From assembly GCA_001725325.1 (NCBI GenBank), contig MEFY01000002.1:621559-685558 (forward strand): DNA of 64,000 nt, written 5' to 3'. The notes under the pieces are model-generated. The model ran no database searches. It was not told where the DNA came from and worked only from the letters and a program-made list of their open reading frames with translations. The translations under genes were made by a program, and so were the position numbers. This document shows, in pieces, positions 44,782 through 56,221 of this stretch (position 1 is the first letter of the stretch; the number at the start of each line of letters is the position of its first letter). Origin of the DNA: Leifsonia sp. SCN 70-46 (GTDB lineage: Bacteria; Actinomycetota; Actinomycetes; Actinomycetales; Microbacteriaceae).

Positions 44782-45630
44782 TCACGCTCGGCTGACGGCC
44801 AGCAGCACGACTCCCACGGCGGTGAGCGCCACGAGCACCGCCACCACGAGGCCCACGAACACGATCTGCTGCGTGCGCTGGTCGCGCCGGCGTGTGCGCA
44901 GGTAGACGAGCGCGACCGCGGCGCCGGCGATGAGCCCGCCCACGTGCGCCTGCCAGGCGATGTTGGTGCCGGGCAGGAACCCCACGACGAGGTTGATCCC
45001 GATCACGACGAGCAGCTGGGTGGTGTTCCCGCCGAAGTTGCGCTGGATGATGAAGAACGCGCCGAGGAGGCCGAAGATCGCGCCCGAAGCGCCCAGCACG
45101 GGAGTGCCGGGCGCGATGAGCAGCACGGCGACCGATCCGCCGAAGCCGCTCACGAGGTAGAGCACCAGGAACCGCCAGTGTCCGACGAGCCTCTCGAGGA
45201 GGGGGCCGAAGAGGAACAGCGAGAGCATGTTGAGGCCGATGTGCAGCAGGGACCCGGGGGAGTGCACAAACAGCGACGTGATCATGCGCCACGGCTGGCT
45301 CGTCGTGATCGGGGGATAGTAGAGCAGCAGCTGAGTGACGACGCTCCCGGGCAGGATCTGCAGCACGTAGATGATCACGCACAGCGCCATGATCGCCCAC
45401 GTCACGCGGGGCGCGTCGGACCCCGCGAAGCGCGCGAACGGGTTCGCCCGGCGCACGCGCGGGGCCGATGCGCGCGCCTCGCGCACGCACTCCGGGCAGT
45501 GCACGCCCACGGCGGCCTGCGTCTGGCACTGCGGGCAGATGGTGCGCCCGCAGCGCTGGCACAGGATGTAGCTCTGGCGGTCAGGATGCCGGTAGCAGAA
45601 GTTGGCCGACGATCCCGGCGCGCTCGTCAC
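44782..45630 (-). CDS. Rhomboid family intramembrane serine protease with an N-terminal zinc ribbon
   Basis: 282 aa. The N-terminus is CYRHP..CQRCGRTICPQC..HCPEC. The GASGAIFGL (GxSG) and downstream His motifs are present. Confidence 0.9.
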   Translation of the reverse strand: MTSAPGSSANFCYRHPDRQSYILCQRCGRTICPQCQTQAAVGVHCPECVREARASAPRVRRANPFARFAGSDAPRVTWAIMALCVIIYVLQILPGSVVTQLLLYYPPITTSQPWRMITSLFVHSPGSLLHIGLNMLSLFLFGPLLERLVGHWRFLVLYLVSGFGGSVAVLLIAPGTPVLGASGAIFGLLGAFFIIQRNFGGNTTQLLVVIGINLVVGFLPGTNIAWQAHVGGLIAGAAVALVYLRTRRRDQRTQQIVFVGLVVAVLVALTAVGVVLLAVSRA

Positions 45631-45636
45631 CGAGGA

Positions 45637-46170
45637 TCAGACCTCGTCGATGGTGACGCTCTCGATCACCACATCCTTGAGGGGCTTGTCGCGGCCGTCG
45701 GTGTCGACCGCCTCGATCGCGTCCACGACGCGCTTCGACTCCTCGTCGGCGACGACGCCGAAGATGGTGTGCTTGCCCTGCAGCCACGGGGTCGGAACCG
45801 TCGTGATGAAGAACTGCGAGCCGTTGGTGCCCTTGCCGCCGCGGATGCCCGCGTTGGCCATGGCGAGCACGTAGGGCTCGTTGAAGTTGAGTTCGCCGTG
45901 GATCTCGTCGTCGAACTCGTAGCCCGGTCCGCCGATGCCCTGGCCGAGCGGGTCGCCGCCCTGGAGCATGAACTGCTTGATGATGCGGTGGAACACGACG
46001 CCGTCGTACAGCGGGTCGGTCGAGGTCTTGCCCGTCGCCGGGTGAGTCCACTCCTTGGTGCCCGACGCGAGGCCGGTGAAGTTCGCAACGGTCTTCGGGG
46101 CGTGGTTGCCGAAGAGGTTGAGCTTGATGGTGCCGTAGTTGGTCTTCATGGTCGCGACAGCGGTATGCAT
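45637..46170 (-). CDS. ppiA: Peptidyl-prolyl cis-trans isomerase (cyclophilin)
   Basis: 177 aa with FHRIIKQFMLQGGDP and GTNGSQFFIT. ATG 46149 is an alternative start. Confidence 0.95.
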   Translation of the reverse strand: MHTAVATMKTNYGTIKLNLFGNHAPKTVANFTGLASGTKEWTHPATGKTSTDPLYDGVVFHRIIKQFMLQGGDPLGQGIGGPGYEFDDEIHGELNFNEPYVLAMANAGIRGGKGTNGSQFFITTVPTPWLQGKHTIFGVVADEESKRVVDAIEAVDTDGRDKPLKDVVIESVTIDEV

Positions 46171-46282
46171 ACGCCAAGCGTACCGTTAGCACCCTGCCAG
46201 CCCACTGGCAATGCTTTCGCCCGGATGCGGCTGCCGTGCCAGTATGGGACTCTCGGATCGATTCCCCACTGGAGGTTTCCCC

Positions 46283-46837
46283 ATGGCACTATCGCGCAAG
46301 CGCCGGAAAGAGCTCAACAGGCTGAAGGGCCAGGCTGAGCACCTGTGGGAGGACCAGAAGGAGCTGCTCGACCACGCATCGCGCGTCGTGCGAGACGCGA
46401 GCCGCCAGGCCGCGAACTACGCCCGCGAAGAAGTCGGCCCCCGCGTGCGCGACACCTTCGAGGACACCGTGCGCCCCGCCGTCAACCAGGGCTTCCGCAC
46501 CGCGCGCTCGGCCGCCGAGACCGGGCGCGAGCGTCTCGTCGGTGACGTGCTCCCCGCCATGACGTCCGCCCTCGGAACGGCCCTCGCCGCGATCGAGGTC
46601 GCCAAGAACCGCCAGGTGCGCGAGGCCATCGGTCGCGCCACCCGCATCGGCACCGACATCGGCACGAACGTCGGCATCATCAAGCCCAAGCCGGCCGGCC
46701 CCGGTCGGTACATCCTCATCGGAGTCGGTGTCGTCGCCTTCGCCGCCGTCGCCTACGCGGCGTGGCAGACCCTGCGCGCCGACGACGACCTGTGGATCGA
46801 CGACGAGCCGGAGACGCCGCTGGCCGACGAGGCCTAG
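46283..46837 (+). CDS. Hypothetical protein with a helical N-terminal region and a C-terminal TM anchor
   Basis: 184 aa starting from an ATG preceded by GGAGG. It begins MALSRKRRKELNRLKGQAEHL and ends ...YILIGVGVVAFAAVAYAAW plus an acidic tail. Confidence 0.7.
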   Translation: MALSRKRRKELNRLKGQAEHLWEDQKELLDHASRVVRDASRQAANYAREEVGPRVRDTFEDTVRPAVNQGFRTARSAAETGRERLVGDVLPAMTSALGTALAAIEVAKNRQVREAIGRATRIGTDIGTNVGIIKPKPAGPGRYILIGVGVVAFAAVAYAAWQTLRADDDLWIDDEPETPLADEA

Positions 46838-46841
46838 TCTC

Positions 46842-46857
46842 GGTTTCACGTGGAACG
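46842..46857. promoter_or_regulatory. parS-like site (degenerate)
   Basis: GGTTTCACGTGGAACG. The inner 14-mer differs at one position from GTTTCACGTGAAAC, which occurs at 60552 and 61249. Confidence 0.45.
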
Positions 46858-46879
46858 CCGGTCCTTCGGGGCCGGCGTT
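46854..46879 (+). terminator. Stem-loop downstream of the 46283..46837 gene
   Basis: 8-bp stem AACGCCGG / CCGGCGTT with a 10-nt loop, 17 nt after the stop. Confidence 0.55.
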
Positions 46880-47014
46880 CTCGCGTTGGGGGAAATAGGG
46901 GAATCGACGCCCCACCAGGGCCGCCAGAATTGCGCGGTTGTTCGTGGGCGAGTCCTGCTCGCACGGCGACATTCTGGACTGCGCCGGCGGGGACCCCCGG
47001 GGTTCGCTTCGCAG

Positions 47015-47098
47015 CTAGGCTCCACAAACGAGAGAACGCCGGGTTAAACGCCGAACGCCGCCAAGACCTGGCGGCGTTCTCTCGTTTGTGGAGCCTAG
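47015..47098. repeat. Perfect 27-bp inverted repeat whose right arm includes the last 10 nt of tRNA-Ala
   Basis: 47015-47041 (CTAGGCTCCACAAACGAGAGAACGCCG) is the exact reverse complement of 47072-47098. An inner 7-bp hairpin GCCGCCA/TGGCGGC lies in the 30-nt loop. Confidence 0.85.
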
Positions 47099-47161
47099 GG
47101 GAATCGAACCCCTGACCTCCTGCTTGCAAAGCAGGCGCTCTACCAATTGAGCTAAGGCCCC
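47089..47161 (-). tRNA. tRNA-Ala (anticodon TGC)
   Basis: The reverse complement is GGGGCCTTAGCTCAATTGGTAGAGCGCCTGCTTTGCAAGCAGGAGGTCAGGGGTTCGATTCCCCTAGGCTCCA. It has the G3:U70 pair and the anticodon loop TTTGCAA. Confidence 0.92.
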
Positions 47162-47206
47162 ATGGCCTTCGTACAAGTGTTAAGGAACCTCTTGTGGAAG
47201 TTCCAG

Positions 47207-47280
47207 TGGGGATACGAGGACTTGAACCTCGGACCTCTTCGTTATCAGCGAAGCGCTCTAACCGCCTGAGCTATATCCCC
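47207..47280 (-). tRNA. tRNA-Ile (anticodon GAT)
   Basis: The reverse complement is GGGGATATAGCTCAGGCGGTTAGAGCGCTTCGCTGATAACGAAGAGGTCCGAGGTTCAAGTCCTCGTATCCCCA. The anticodon loop is CTGATAA. Confidence 0.92.
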
Positions 47281-47329
47281 TGGGGACCCGTAAGAACTTA
47301 CCTTATCGAGTCCGGTTTGGCGTAATCGC

Positions 47330-47737
47330 CTAGTTGTTGGTGAAGCCCACGAGCAGGCCGCCCGTGAGGCGCACGCTGAAGTTGTAGAGCATGCTCGCGA
47401 TCGCGCCGAGCGCGGTGCCCACCACGATATTGAGGATCGCGATGATGAACGAGAACAGCGCGACGGTGCCGAGGGAGAAGGTTCCCGTGACACTGAACTT
47501 CGGGTCGCCCAGCACGTCGACGAGGATGTCGTTGAGGCTGCCGAAGATGCCCGTCGAGTTGAGCACGATCCACACGAGGATCGACGCCACGATGAGCACG
47601 ATCCCGAGCGAGGTGGCGACGAGGAACGACAGCTTCACGGCCGACCAGAAGTCGACATACACGAGCTTGAGCCTCACCTGCTTGACAGCTACCTGCCGCT
47701 GGTTCTTCCTCTGGAGCTTCTCGGCGACACTACTCAT
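47330..47737 (-). CDS. DUF3566-like membrane protein (conserved downstream of gyrA in actinobacteria)
   Basis: 135 aa containing [20 protein letters not shown] and three TM helices. Its start overlaps the gyrA stop region. Confidence 0.85.
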   Translation of the reverse strand: MSSVAEKLQRKNQRQVAVKQVRLKLVYVDFWSAVKLSFLVATSLGIVLIVASILVWIVLNSTGIFGSLNDILVDVLGDPKFSVTGTFSLGTVALFSFIIAILNIVVGTALGAIASMLYNFSVRLTGGLLVGFTNN

Positions 47738-50303
47738 CTACTGACTCGTCCTTCCCAGAGGACTCGAGGTCGTCCTGTCCTGCAGGCTCGTCGAGTTCCT
47801 GACTCTCCACATTACGTTCACTGTTCCTGGCGATCGCGATGATCTTGTCGTCCTCGGCGAACCGGGCGAACACCACACCCATCGTGTCACGACCCTTGGC
47901 CGGGACCTCAGCGACAGACGAGCGTACCACCTTGCCGCTGGCAAGAACCACGAGCACCTCGTCCTCCTCGTCGACGATGAGGGCTCCGGCGAGGATGCCC
48001 CTGTCGTCGTTGAGCTTGGCGACCTTGATGCCGAGCCCGCCGCGGTTCTGGGCGCGGTACTGCTCGACCGACGTGCGCTTGGCGTAGCCGCCCTCGGTCA
48101 CGATGAACACGAAGCCGGAGTCGGTCACGACGCTCGCGGAGAGCAGCGTGTCATCCTCGCGGAAGTCCATGCCCTTCACACCCGAGGTCGACCTGCCCAT
48201 GGGGCGCATCGCCGAGTCGGAGGCGAGGAAGCGGATCGACTGGCCCTTGCGGGAGACGAGCAGCACCTCGGACTCGTTCTCGACGAGCATCGCGGAGACG
48301 ACCTCGTCGTCCTCGCGCAGGTTGATCGCGATGATGCCGCCGGTGCGGTTCGTGTCGTACTCCGTGAGCGCGGTCTTCTTGACGAGGCCGCCGCGCGTGG
48401 CGAGCACGAGGTAGGTCGCCGCCTGGTAGTCGCGGATGTCGAGGATCTGCGCGATCTCCTCGCCCGGCTGCATCGCGAGCAGGTTCGCGACGTGCTGGCC
48501 CTTGGCGTCGCGGCCGGCCTCCTGCAGCTCGTACGCCTTCGCACGGTAGACACGGCCCGTGTTCGTGAAGAACAGGAGCCAGTGGTGGGTGGTCGTCACG
48601 AAGAAGTGGTCGACGACGTCATCCGCGCGCAGCTGTGCACCGCGCACGCCCTTTCCGCCGCGGTGCTGGCTGCGGTAGTTGTCGCTGCGCGTGCGCTTGA
48701 TGTAGCCGCCGCGCGTGACGGTGACGACCATCTCCTCCTCGGGGATGAGGTCTTCGACGCTCATGTCGCCGTCGAAGCCGAACATGATCTCGGTGCGGCG
48801 GTCGTCGCCGTACTTGGCGATGAGCTCGGTGAGCTCCTCGCTCACGATGTTCCGCTGGCGCACGGGGTCGGCGAGGATCGCCTGGTACTCGGCGATCTCG
48901 AGCTCGATCTCGGCGAGCTCGTCGTTGATCTTCTGGCGCTCGAGGGCCGCGAGGCGGCGCAGCTGGAGGTCGAGGATGGCACGCGCCTGGATGTCGTCGA
49001 TCTTCAGCAGCGACATGAGGCCCTCGCGAGCCTCCTCCACGGTGGGGGAGCGGCGGATGAGGGCGATGACCTCGTCGAGCGCGTCGAGCGCCTTGACGTA
49101 TCCACGCAGGATGTGGGCGCGCTCCTCCGCCTTGCGCAGGCGGAACCGCGTGCGACGCACGATGACGTCGATCTGGTGCTCCGCCCACGCCGTGATGAAC
49201 CCGTCGAGGGAGAGGGTGCGCGGGATGCCGTCGACGATCGCGAGCATGTTCGCGCCGAAGTTCTCCTGCAGCTGCGTGTGCTTGTAGAGGTTGTTGAGCA
49301 CGACCTTCGCGACGGCGTCGCGCTTGAGCACGATGACGAGGCGCTGGCCCGTGCGGCCCGAGGTCTCGTCGCGGATGTCGGCGATGCCCGAGAGCTTGCC
49401 CTCCTTGACGAGGTCGGCGATCTTGAGCGCGAGGTTGTCGGGGTTCACCTGGTACGGCAGCTCGGTGACGACGAGGCACGTGCGGCCCTGCAGCTCCTCG
49501 ACCTCGACGACGGCGCGCATCGTGATCGAGCCGCGGCCCGTGCGGTAGGCATCCTGGATGCCCTTGATGCCGAGGATCTGCGCGCCCGTGGGGAAGTCGG
49601 GGCCCTTGACGCGCTGGATGAGCGCCTCGAGCAGCTCCTCCCGCGACGCGTCCGGGTTGGCCAGGTGCCAGAGCGCGGCCTCGCCCACCTCGCGCAGGTT
49701 GTGCGGCGGGATGTTCGTGGCCATGCCGACCGCGATGCCGACCGAGCCGTTGACGAGCAGGTTGGGGAACCGGCTCGGGAGCACGGTCGGCTCCTGCGTG
49801 CGACCGTCGTAGTTGTCCTGGAAGTCGACGGTCTCTTCCTCGATGTCGCGCACCATCTCCATGGCGAGCGGGGCCATCTTGGTCTCCGTGTAGCGGTGGG
49901 CGGCAGCGCCGTCGTTCCCGGGAGAGCCGAAGTTCCCCTGCCCGAGCGCGAGCGGATAGCGCAGGCTCCACGGCTGCACGAGTCGCACGAGCGCGTCGTA
50001 CACCGACGAGTCGCCGTGCGGGTGGAACTGGCCCATGACATCGCCGATGACGCGCGTGCACTTGGAGAATCCCTTGTCGGGACGGTAGCCGCCGTCGTAC
50101 ATCGCGTAGATCACACGGCGGTGCACGGGCTTGAGGCCGTCGCGCACCTCGGGGAGCGCTCGGCCCACGATGACGCTCATCGCGTAGTCGAGGTACGAGC
50201 GCTGCATCTCGAGCTGCAGGTCTACCTGCGCGATCTTGTCGTGCGCGGCGTCGACGGGCCGGTCTTCGAACGTGGGCTCGTCGGGTTCTGTGATGTCAGC
50301 CAT
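47730..50303 (-). CDS. gyrA: DNA gyrase subunit A
   Basis: 857 aa with [22 protein letters not shown] (the quinolone-resistance-determining region), the AHRYTE active-site Tyr and C-terminal beta-pinwheel repeats. Confidence 0.98.
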   Translation of the reverse strand: MADITEPDEPTFEDRPVDAAHDKIAQVDLQLEMQRSYLDYAMSVIVGRALPEVRDGLKPVHRRVIYAMYDGGYRPDKGFSKCTRVIGDVMGQFHPHGDSSVYDALVRLVQPWSLRYPLALGQGNFGSPGNDGAAAHRYTETKMAPLAMEMVRDIEEETVDFQDNYDGRTQEPTVLPSRFPNLLVNGSVGIAVGMATNIPPHNLREVGEAALWHLANPDASREELLEALIQRVKGPDFPTGAQILGIKGIQDAYRTGRGSITMRAVVEVEELQGRTCLVVTELPYQVNPDNLALKIADLVKEGKLSGIADIRDETSGRTGQRLVIVLKRDAVAKVVLNNLYKHTQLQENFGANMLAIVDGIPRTLSLDGFITAWAEHQIDVIVRRTRFRLRKAEERAHILRGYVKALDALDEVIALIRRSPTVEEAREGLMSLLKIDDIQARAILDLQLRRLAALERQKINDELAEIELEIAEYQAILADPVRQRNIVSEELTELIAKYGDDRRTEIMFGFDGDMSVEDLIPEEEMVVTVTRGGYIKRTRSDNYRSQHRGGKGVRGAQLRADDVVDHFFVTTTHHWLLFFTNTGRVYRAKAYELQEAGRDAKGQHVANLLAMQPGEEIAQILDIRDYQAATYLVLATRGGLVKKTALTEYDTNRTGGIIAINLREDDEVVSAMLVENESEVLLVSRKGQSIRFLASDSAMRPMGRSTSGVKGMDFREDDTLLSASVVTDSGFVFIVTEGGYAKRTSVEQYRAQNRGGLGIKVAKLNDDRGILAGALIVDEEDEVLVVLASGKVVRSSVAEVPAKGRDTMGVVFARFAEDDKIIAIARNSERNVESQELDEPAGQDDLESSGKDESVDE

Positions 50304-50312
50304 GCGTAGTCC

Positions 50313-52412
<2,100 letters not shown>

Positions 52413-52496
52413 CTATCCTACCAAAACGGGCGCTTCGCAGGCCGGAATTCGGCGTTCTGGGGAGTTTTCCGGCGCCCGGTGACCTAATTTGCCCCG

Positions 52497-52997
52497 CTAC
52501 CCGTAGGTATCGCGTGGTCCGCGGCCTGGAATCGATCTGGGGCCGCGTTTCCAGGAGGGGGCGTTGGGTCCCTCAAAACGCACCGACTCGATCCCCGCGT
52601 CGGGATAGCGCTGGGCGATGGTCGTCGTGACCTGCGACCGCATGAGCCGCAACTGCGTCGCCCAGGCCGTGGAGTCGCAGCGCACGGCGAGCACGCCGCC
52701 CTCGATGCCCACCGGCTCGGAGTGCTCCGCGGTCTCCTCGCCCACGATCGACGCCCACGACGAGAGCAGCTCCGACTTCGCGAGCGAGGAGGTCCAGCCC
52801 ATGCGCACCGCGAGCCCGTCGATGACGTCGCCGAGGCCGTGCGGGTCGCGGCCGGGGGAGAAGGGCGTGCTCGCGCCCTCCTTCTTCGTCTTGCGCTTGC
52901 GCGCGGTCGCCGAGCGGCTCGTCGGATCGCCGAACACCTGTCGCAGCCGCAGGTACACGGCGACGTGCTCGTCGCGCTCCACGCCGTCGTCACTCAT
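52497..52997 (-). CDS. DUF721 / DciA-like protein (conserved between recF and gyrB)
   Basis: 166 aa starting from an ATG that overlaps the recF stop by 8 nt. The core is WASIVGEETAEHSEPVGIEGGVLAVRCDSTAWATQLR. Confidence 0.85.
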   Translation of the reverse strand: MSDDGVERDEHVAVYLRLRQVFGDPTSRSATARKRKTKKEGASTPFSPGRDPHGLGDVIDGLAVRMGWTSSLAKSELLSSWASIVGEETAEHSEPVGIEGGVLAVRCDSTAWATQLRLMRSQVTTTIAQRYPDAGIESVRFEGPNAPSWKRGPRSIPGRGPRDTYG

Positions 52998-54144
52998 CGT
53001 CGACCACCGCGCCCGCGCGGATCCGCACGATGTTCGACGCGAGCTCATCGGGCACGTCCCCGAACACCGCCGCAGTGATGAGCACCTGTTCGTAGTCACC
53101 CACCGCCGCCGCGAGGCGGCCGCGCCGAGATTCGTCGAGCTCCGCGAAGACGTCGTCGAGGATGAGCACGGGGTCGCCCGTGCTCGCCTCGCGGCGCAGC
53201 ACCTCGGCCGACGCGAGCTTCAACGAGAGCGCGAACGACCAGGATTCGCCGTGGCTCGCGTACCCGCGGGCCGGCAGGGCGTTGAGCTCGAGCACGAGGT
53301 CGTCGCGATGGGGTCCTGCGAGGGTGACCCCGCGGTCGAGCTCGGCGCGCCGGAGGCGCGCGAGCGCGGCGCGGAACCCGTCGGCGACGGCGGACTGCTC
53401 GAGGGGTCCCGAGCGGTTGGCGTCGGCATCCTCGACCTCGTCGTCTGTCGAGGAGGAGAAGATGCTGAGCCGGCTGGAGAGCCGCGCGGCATGGTCCGCG
53501 CCCGCGATCGCGCCGTAGGCGCGCGTGACCTCGGGGCTCAGCTCGTCGACGAGCCAGCTGCGGGCGATGATGATCTCGGAGCCGAGGGTGACGAGGCGCT
53601 CGTCCCAGATGTCGAGGGTCGAGAGGTCGCCGCGCGCGTTGCGGGCGGTCTTGAGGAGGGTGTTGCGCTGCCGCAGCACGCGCTCGTAGTCCGCGACCAC
53701 CGAGCTCATGCGCGGGGTGCGCAGGATGAGCAGCTCGTCGAGGAAGCGGCGGCGGCCCGAGGGCTCCCCGCGCACGAGGGCGAGATCCTCGGGGGCGAAC
53801 AGCACGCTCGAGAAGTAGCGCGGCAGCTCGCGCGTCTTGATGGGAGAGCGGTTGACCTGCGCGCGATTCGGCCCCGTGCGGTTGAGCTGCACCTCGGCCA
53901 GGATCTCCCTCTCGCCGGAGGCGAGTCGCGCACGGACGATCGCCGACTCCTGGCCGGCCCGGATCATGGCGTGGTCGACAGACACGCGGTGCGACCCGAG
54001 CGTGCTCAGATACCCGAGCGACTCGACGAGGTTGGTCTTGCCCTGCCCGTTGCTGCCCACGAACAGGTTCGCGCCGGGATGGAGCGCGACGTCGAGGTGC
54101 TCGTAGTTGCGGAAGTCGGTGAGGCTGAGGTGGGTGACGATCAC
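52990..54144 (-). CDS. recF: DNA replication and repair protein RecF
   Basis: 384 aa starting from GTG, with Walker A GSNGQGKTNLVES and an ABC-like signature region. Confidence 0.95.
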   Translation of the reverse strand: MIVTHLSLTDFRNYEHLDVALHPGANLFVGSNGQGKTNLVESLGYLSTLGSHRVSVDHAMIRAGQESAIVRARLASGEREILAEVQLNRTGPNRAQVNRSPIKTRELPRYFSSVLFAPEDLALVRGEPSGRRRFLDELLILRTPRMSSVVADYERVLRQRNTLLKTARNARGDLSTLDIWDERLVTLGSEIIIARSWLVDELSPEVTRAYGAIAGADHAARLSSRLSIFSSSTDDEVEDADANRSGPLEQSAVADGFRAALARLRRAELDRGVTLAGPHRDDLVLELNALPARGYASHGESWSFALSLKLASAEVLRREASTGDPVLILDDVFAELDESRRGRLAAAVGDYEQVLITAAVFGDVPDELASNIVRIRAGAVVDDE

Positions 54145-54156
54145 GGGGTCGTGCGC

Positions 54157-55041
54157 TCAGCTCTTTCGGACGGCGTGGCCACCAAACTGGTTGCGAAGGG
54201 CGGCGACGGCCTTCATCGACGGGGAGTCCTTCTGGCGCGACACGAAGCGCGCGAAGATCGCGGCGCTGATGGTCGGCACCGGGACGGCACGGTCGAGCGC
54301 GTCGTGCACGGTCCAGCGGCCCTCGCCCGAATCCTCGACGTAGCCCTGGATGTCTTTGAACTCCGGGTCTTCCTCGAGCGCCTTCACGAGGAGGTCGAGC
54401 AGCCACGAGCGCACGACGGTTCCGCGCTGCCACGCCTTGAACGAGCCCGTGACGTCGGTCACCAGGTCTTTGCGGCTGTCGAGGAGCTCGTAGCCCTCGG
54501 CCCACGCCTGCATGAGGGCGTACTCGATGCCATTGTGAACCATCTTCACGTAATGGCCCGCGCCGATGGGGCCCGCGTGCACGAAGCCCTCCTCGCGGGG
54601 ACCCTCCGGGCGGAGCCCGTCGAAGATGGGCATGGCGCGCGCGACATCGTCCGCGTCGCCGCCGGCCATGAGCCCGTAGCCGTTCTCGAGGCCCCAGATG
54701 CCGCCCGAGACGCCCACGTCCATGAACTTGATGTTCTTGGTCGCGAGGAACTCGCCGTGGATCGCGTCATCGGTGAAGCGCGAGTTGCCGCCGTCGATCA
54801 CGAGGTCGCCCGGTTCGAGCACCTCCGCGACCTGGTGGATGACGTCGTCGGTGATCTTGCCCGACGGCACCATGACCCACACGATGCGCGGCGCGGGGAG
54901 CGCCGCGGCGAGGGCCTCGAGCGACGGGACATCCGTGACGTCGGGGTTGGGGTCGTACCCCGTGACCTCGATGCCCTTCTTCTGGAGGCGGGCACGCATG
55001 TTGTTGCCCATCTTGCCCAGGCCGATGATGCCGATGTGCAT
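54157..55041 (-). CDS. gnd: 6-phosphogluconate dehydrogenase, decarboxylating (short YqeC/Gnd-like form)
   Basis: 294 aa starting MHIGIIGLGKMGNNM (Rossmann fold), with GHYVKMVHNGIEYALMQ. Confidence 0.9.
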   Translation of the reverse strand: MHIGIIGLGKMGNNMRARLQKKGIEVTGYDPNPDVTDVPSLEALAAALPAPRIVWVMVPSGKITDDVIHQVAEVLEPGDLVIDGGNSRFTDDAIHGEFLATKNIKFMDVGVSGGIWGLENGYGLMAGGDADDVARAMPIFDGLRPEGPREEGFVHAGPIGAGHYVKMVHNGIEYALMQAWAEGYELLDSRKDLVTDVTGSFKAWQRGTVVRSWLLDLLVKALEEDPEFKDIQGYVEDSGEGRWTVHDALDRAVPVPTISAAIFARFVSRQKDSPSMKAVAALRNQFGGHAVRKS

Positions 55042-55075
55042 CGTTGACTTCTTTCTGGTGATCAACTCGCGCAGC

Positions 55076-56221
55076 TCAGCGCAGGAGCAGGTTCGGCTGC
55101 AGGAGGTACTTGTAGTTGTCGGCGCCCGGCTGGTCCTTCGACGACTGGCTCGTGATGAGCACGGGGCCCGGCTTGTTCGGGTTCTCGGTCTTCGTGAACG
55201 AGATGCGCACGAACTCCGAGTGCACCGAGGCCAGGCCGTCGAGCAGGAACTGCGGCTTGAGCGAGACGACCGTGTCGGTTCCCGTGAGGAACGCGTCGAT
55301 CGACTCCGAGGCCTGTGCCTGCTCGGAACCGATCGCCTCGAGCGTCACGCCCTCGTTCGTGAAGGTGAACCGCAGCGCCGCCTCGCGCTCGAGCACGAGC
55401 GAGACGCGACGGACGGCCTCGATGAGCTCGGCGGTGTTGAGCACGGCGTAGTTGTCGACGACGTCGGGGAACAAGCGCTTGACCGGGGGGAAGTTGCCCT
55501 TGATGAGCAGGGATGTCACGGTCTTCTTGTCGGCCTTGAACGCGATGAGCTCCCGGTCGTCCGAGCTCGTGATCGCCACGGAGACCGTGCCGCTGTGACC
55601 GAAGGTCTTGCCGATCTCGATGAGGGTGCGCGACGGCACGAGGGCGGTCGCGGACTCGACACCGGAGTTGCCGGAATCCCACGCGATCTCGCGGACCGCG
55701 ACGCGGTACCGGTCGGTCGCGACGAGCGAGATGCTGTTCTCCGAGACCTCGAGCTGCACGCCCGTGATCACCGGGGTGACGTCGTCGCGGGATGCCGCGA
55801 CGGCGACCTGCGAGATGGCCGCGGCGAAGTCCTCCGCCTGGAGGAGGCCGGTCTGCTCGGAGACCTGGGGGAGCGTGGGGTACTCCTCGACGGGCATGCT
55901 CAGGAGGGTGAACTGGCCGGCGCCGCACGCCACGGTGATGCGGCCCTCGTCTGTCGAGAACGTGACGGGCGCGTTCGGGAGCCTGCTCGCGATGTCGGCG
56001 AGCAGCCTGCCCGACACGAGCACGCGGCCGGGCTCCTCCACCGTCGCGGCGATCTCGGTGCGCGCGGAGACCTCGTAGTCGAACGACGAGAGCACGAGCC
56101 CGTCGCCGGACGCCTCGATGAGCACACCGCTCAAGATCGGCAGAGTCGTGCGCTGGGGGAGCAGCTTCACGGCGAACGAGACGGCTTCGCTGAAGACGTC
56201 GCGGTTGACCTGGAACTTCAC
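55076..56221 (-). CDS. dnaN: DNA polymerase III beta sliding clamp
   Basis: 381 aa starting MKFQVNRDVFSEAVSFAVKLLP, with three-domain clamp architecture. Confidence 0.97.
   Translation of the reverse strand: MKFQVNRDVFSEAVSFAVKLLPQRTTLPILSGVLIEASGDGLVLSSFDYEVSARTEIAATVEEPGRVLVSGRLLADIASRLPNAPVTFSTDEGRITVACGAGQFTLLSMPVEEYPTLPQVSEQTGLLQAEDFAAAISQVAVAASRDDVTPVITGVQLEVSENSISLVATDRYRVAVREIAWDSGNSGVESATALVPSRTLIEIGKTFGHSGTVSVAITSSDDRELIAFKADKKTVTSLLIKGNFPPVKRLFPDVVDNYAVLNTAELIEAVRRVSLVLEREAALRFTFTNEGVTLEAIGSEQAQASESIDAFLTGTDTVVSLKPQFLLDGLASVHSEFVRISFTKTENPNKPGPVLITSQSSKDQPGADNYKYLLQPNLLLR

Noticed and set aside
46716-47129. ORFs covering the tRNA-Ala flank (46716-47129 minus, 46762-47115 plus, 46850-47047 plus)
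   Set aside because: They run through a tRNA gene, a terminator and a 27-bp inverted repeat. Their composition is non-coding-like, and no motif was recognised.
54157-55041. gnd between dnaN and recF as a foreign insertion into the origin gene string
   Set aside because: To my knowledge the same dnaN-gnd-recF order is the normal arrangement in Streptomyces and relatives. Composition and codon style match the neighbouring genes.
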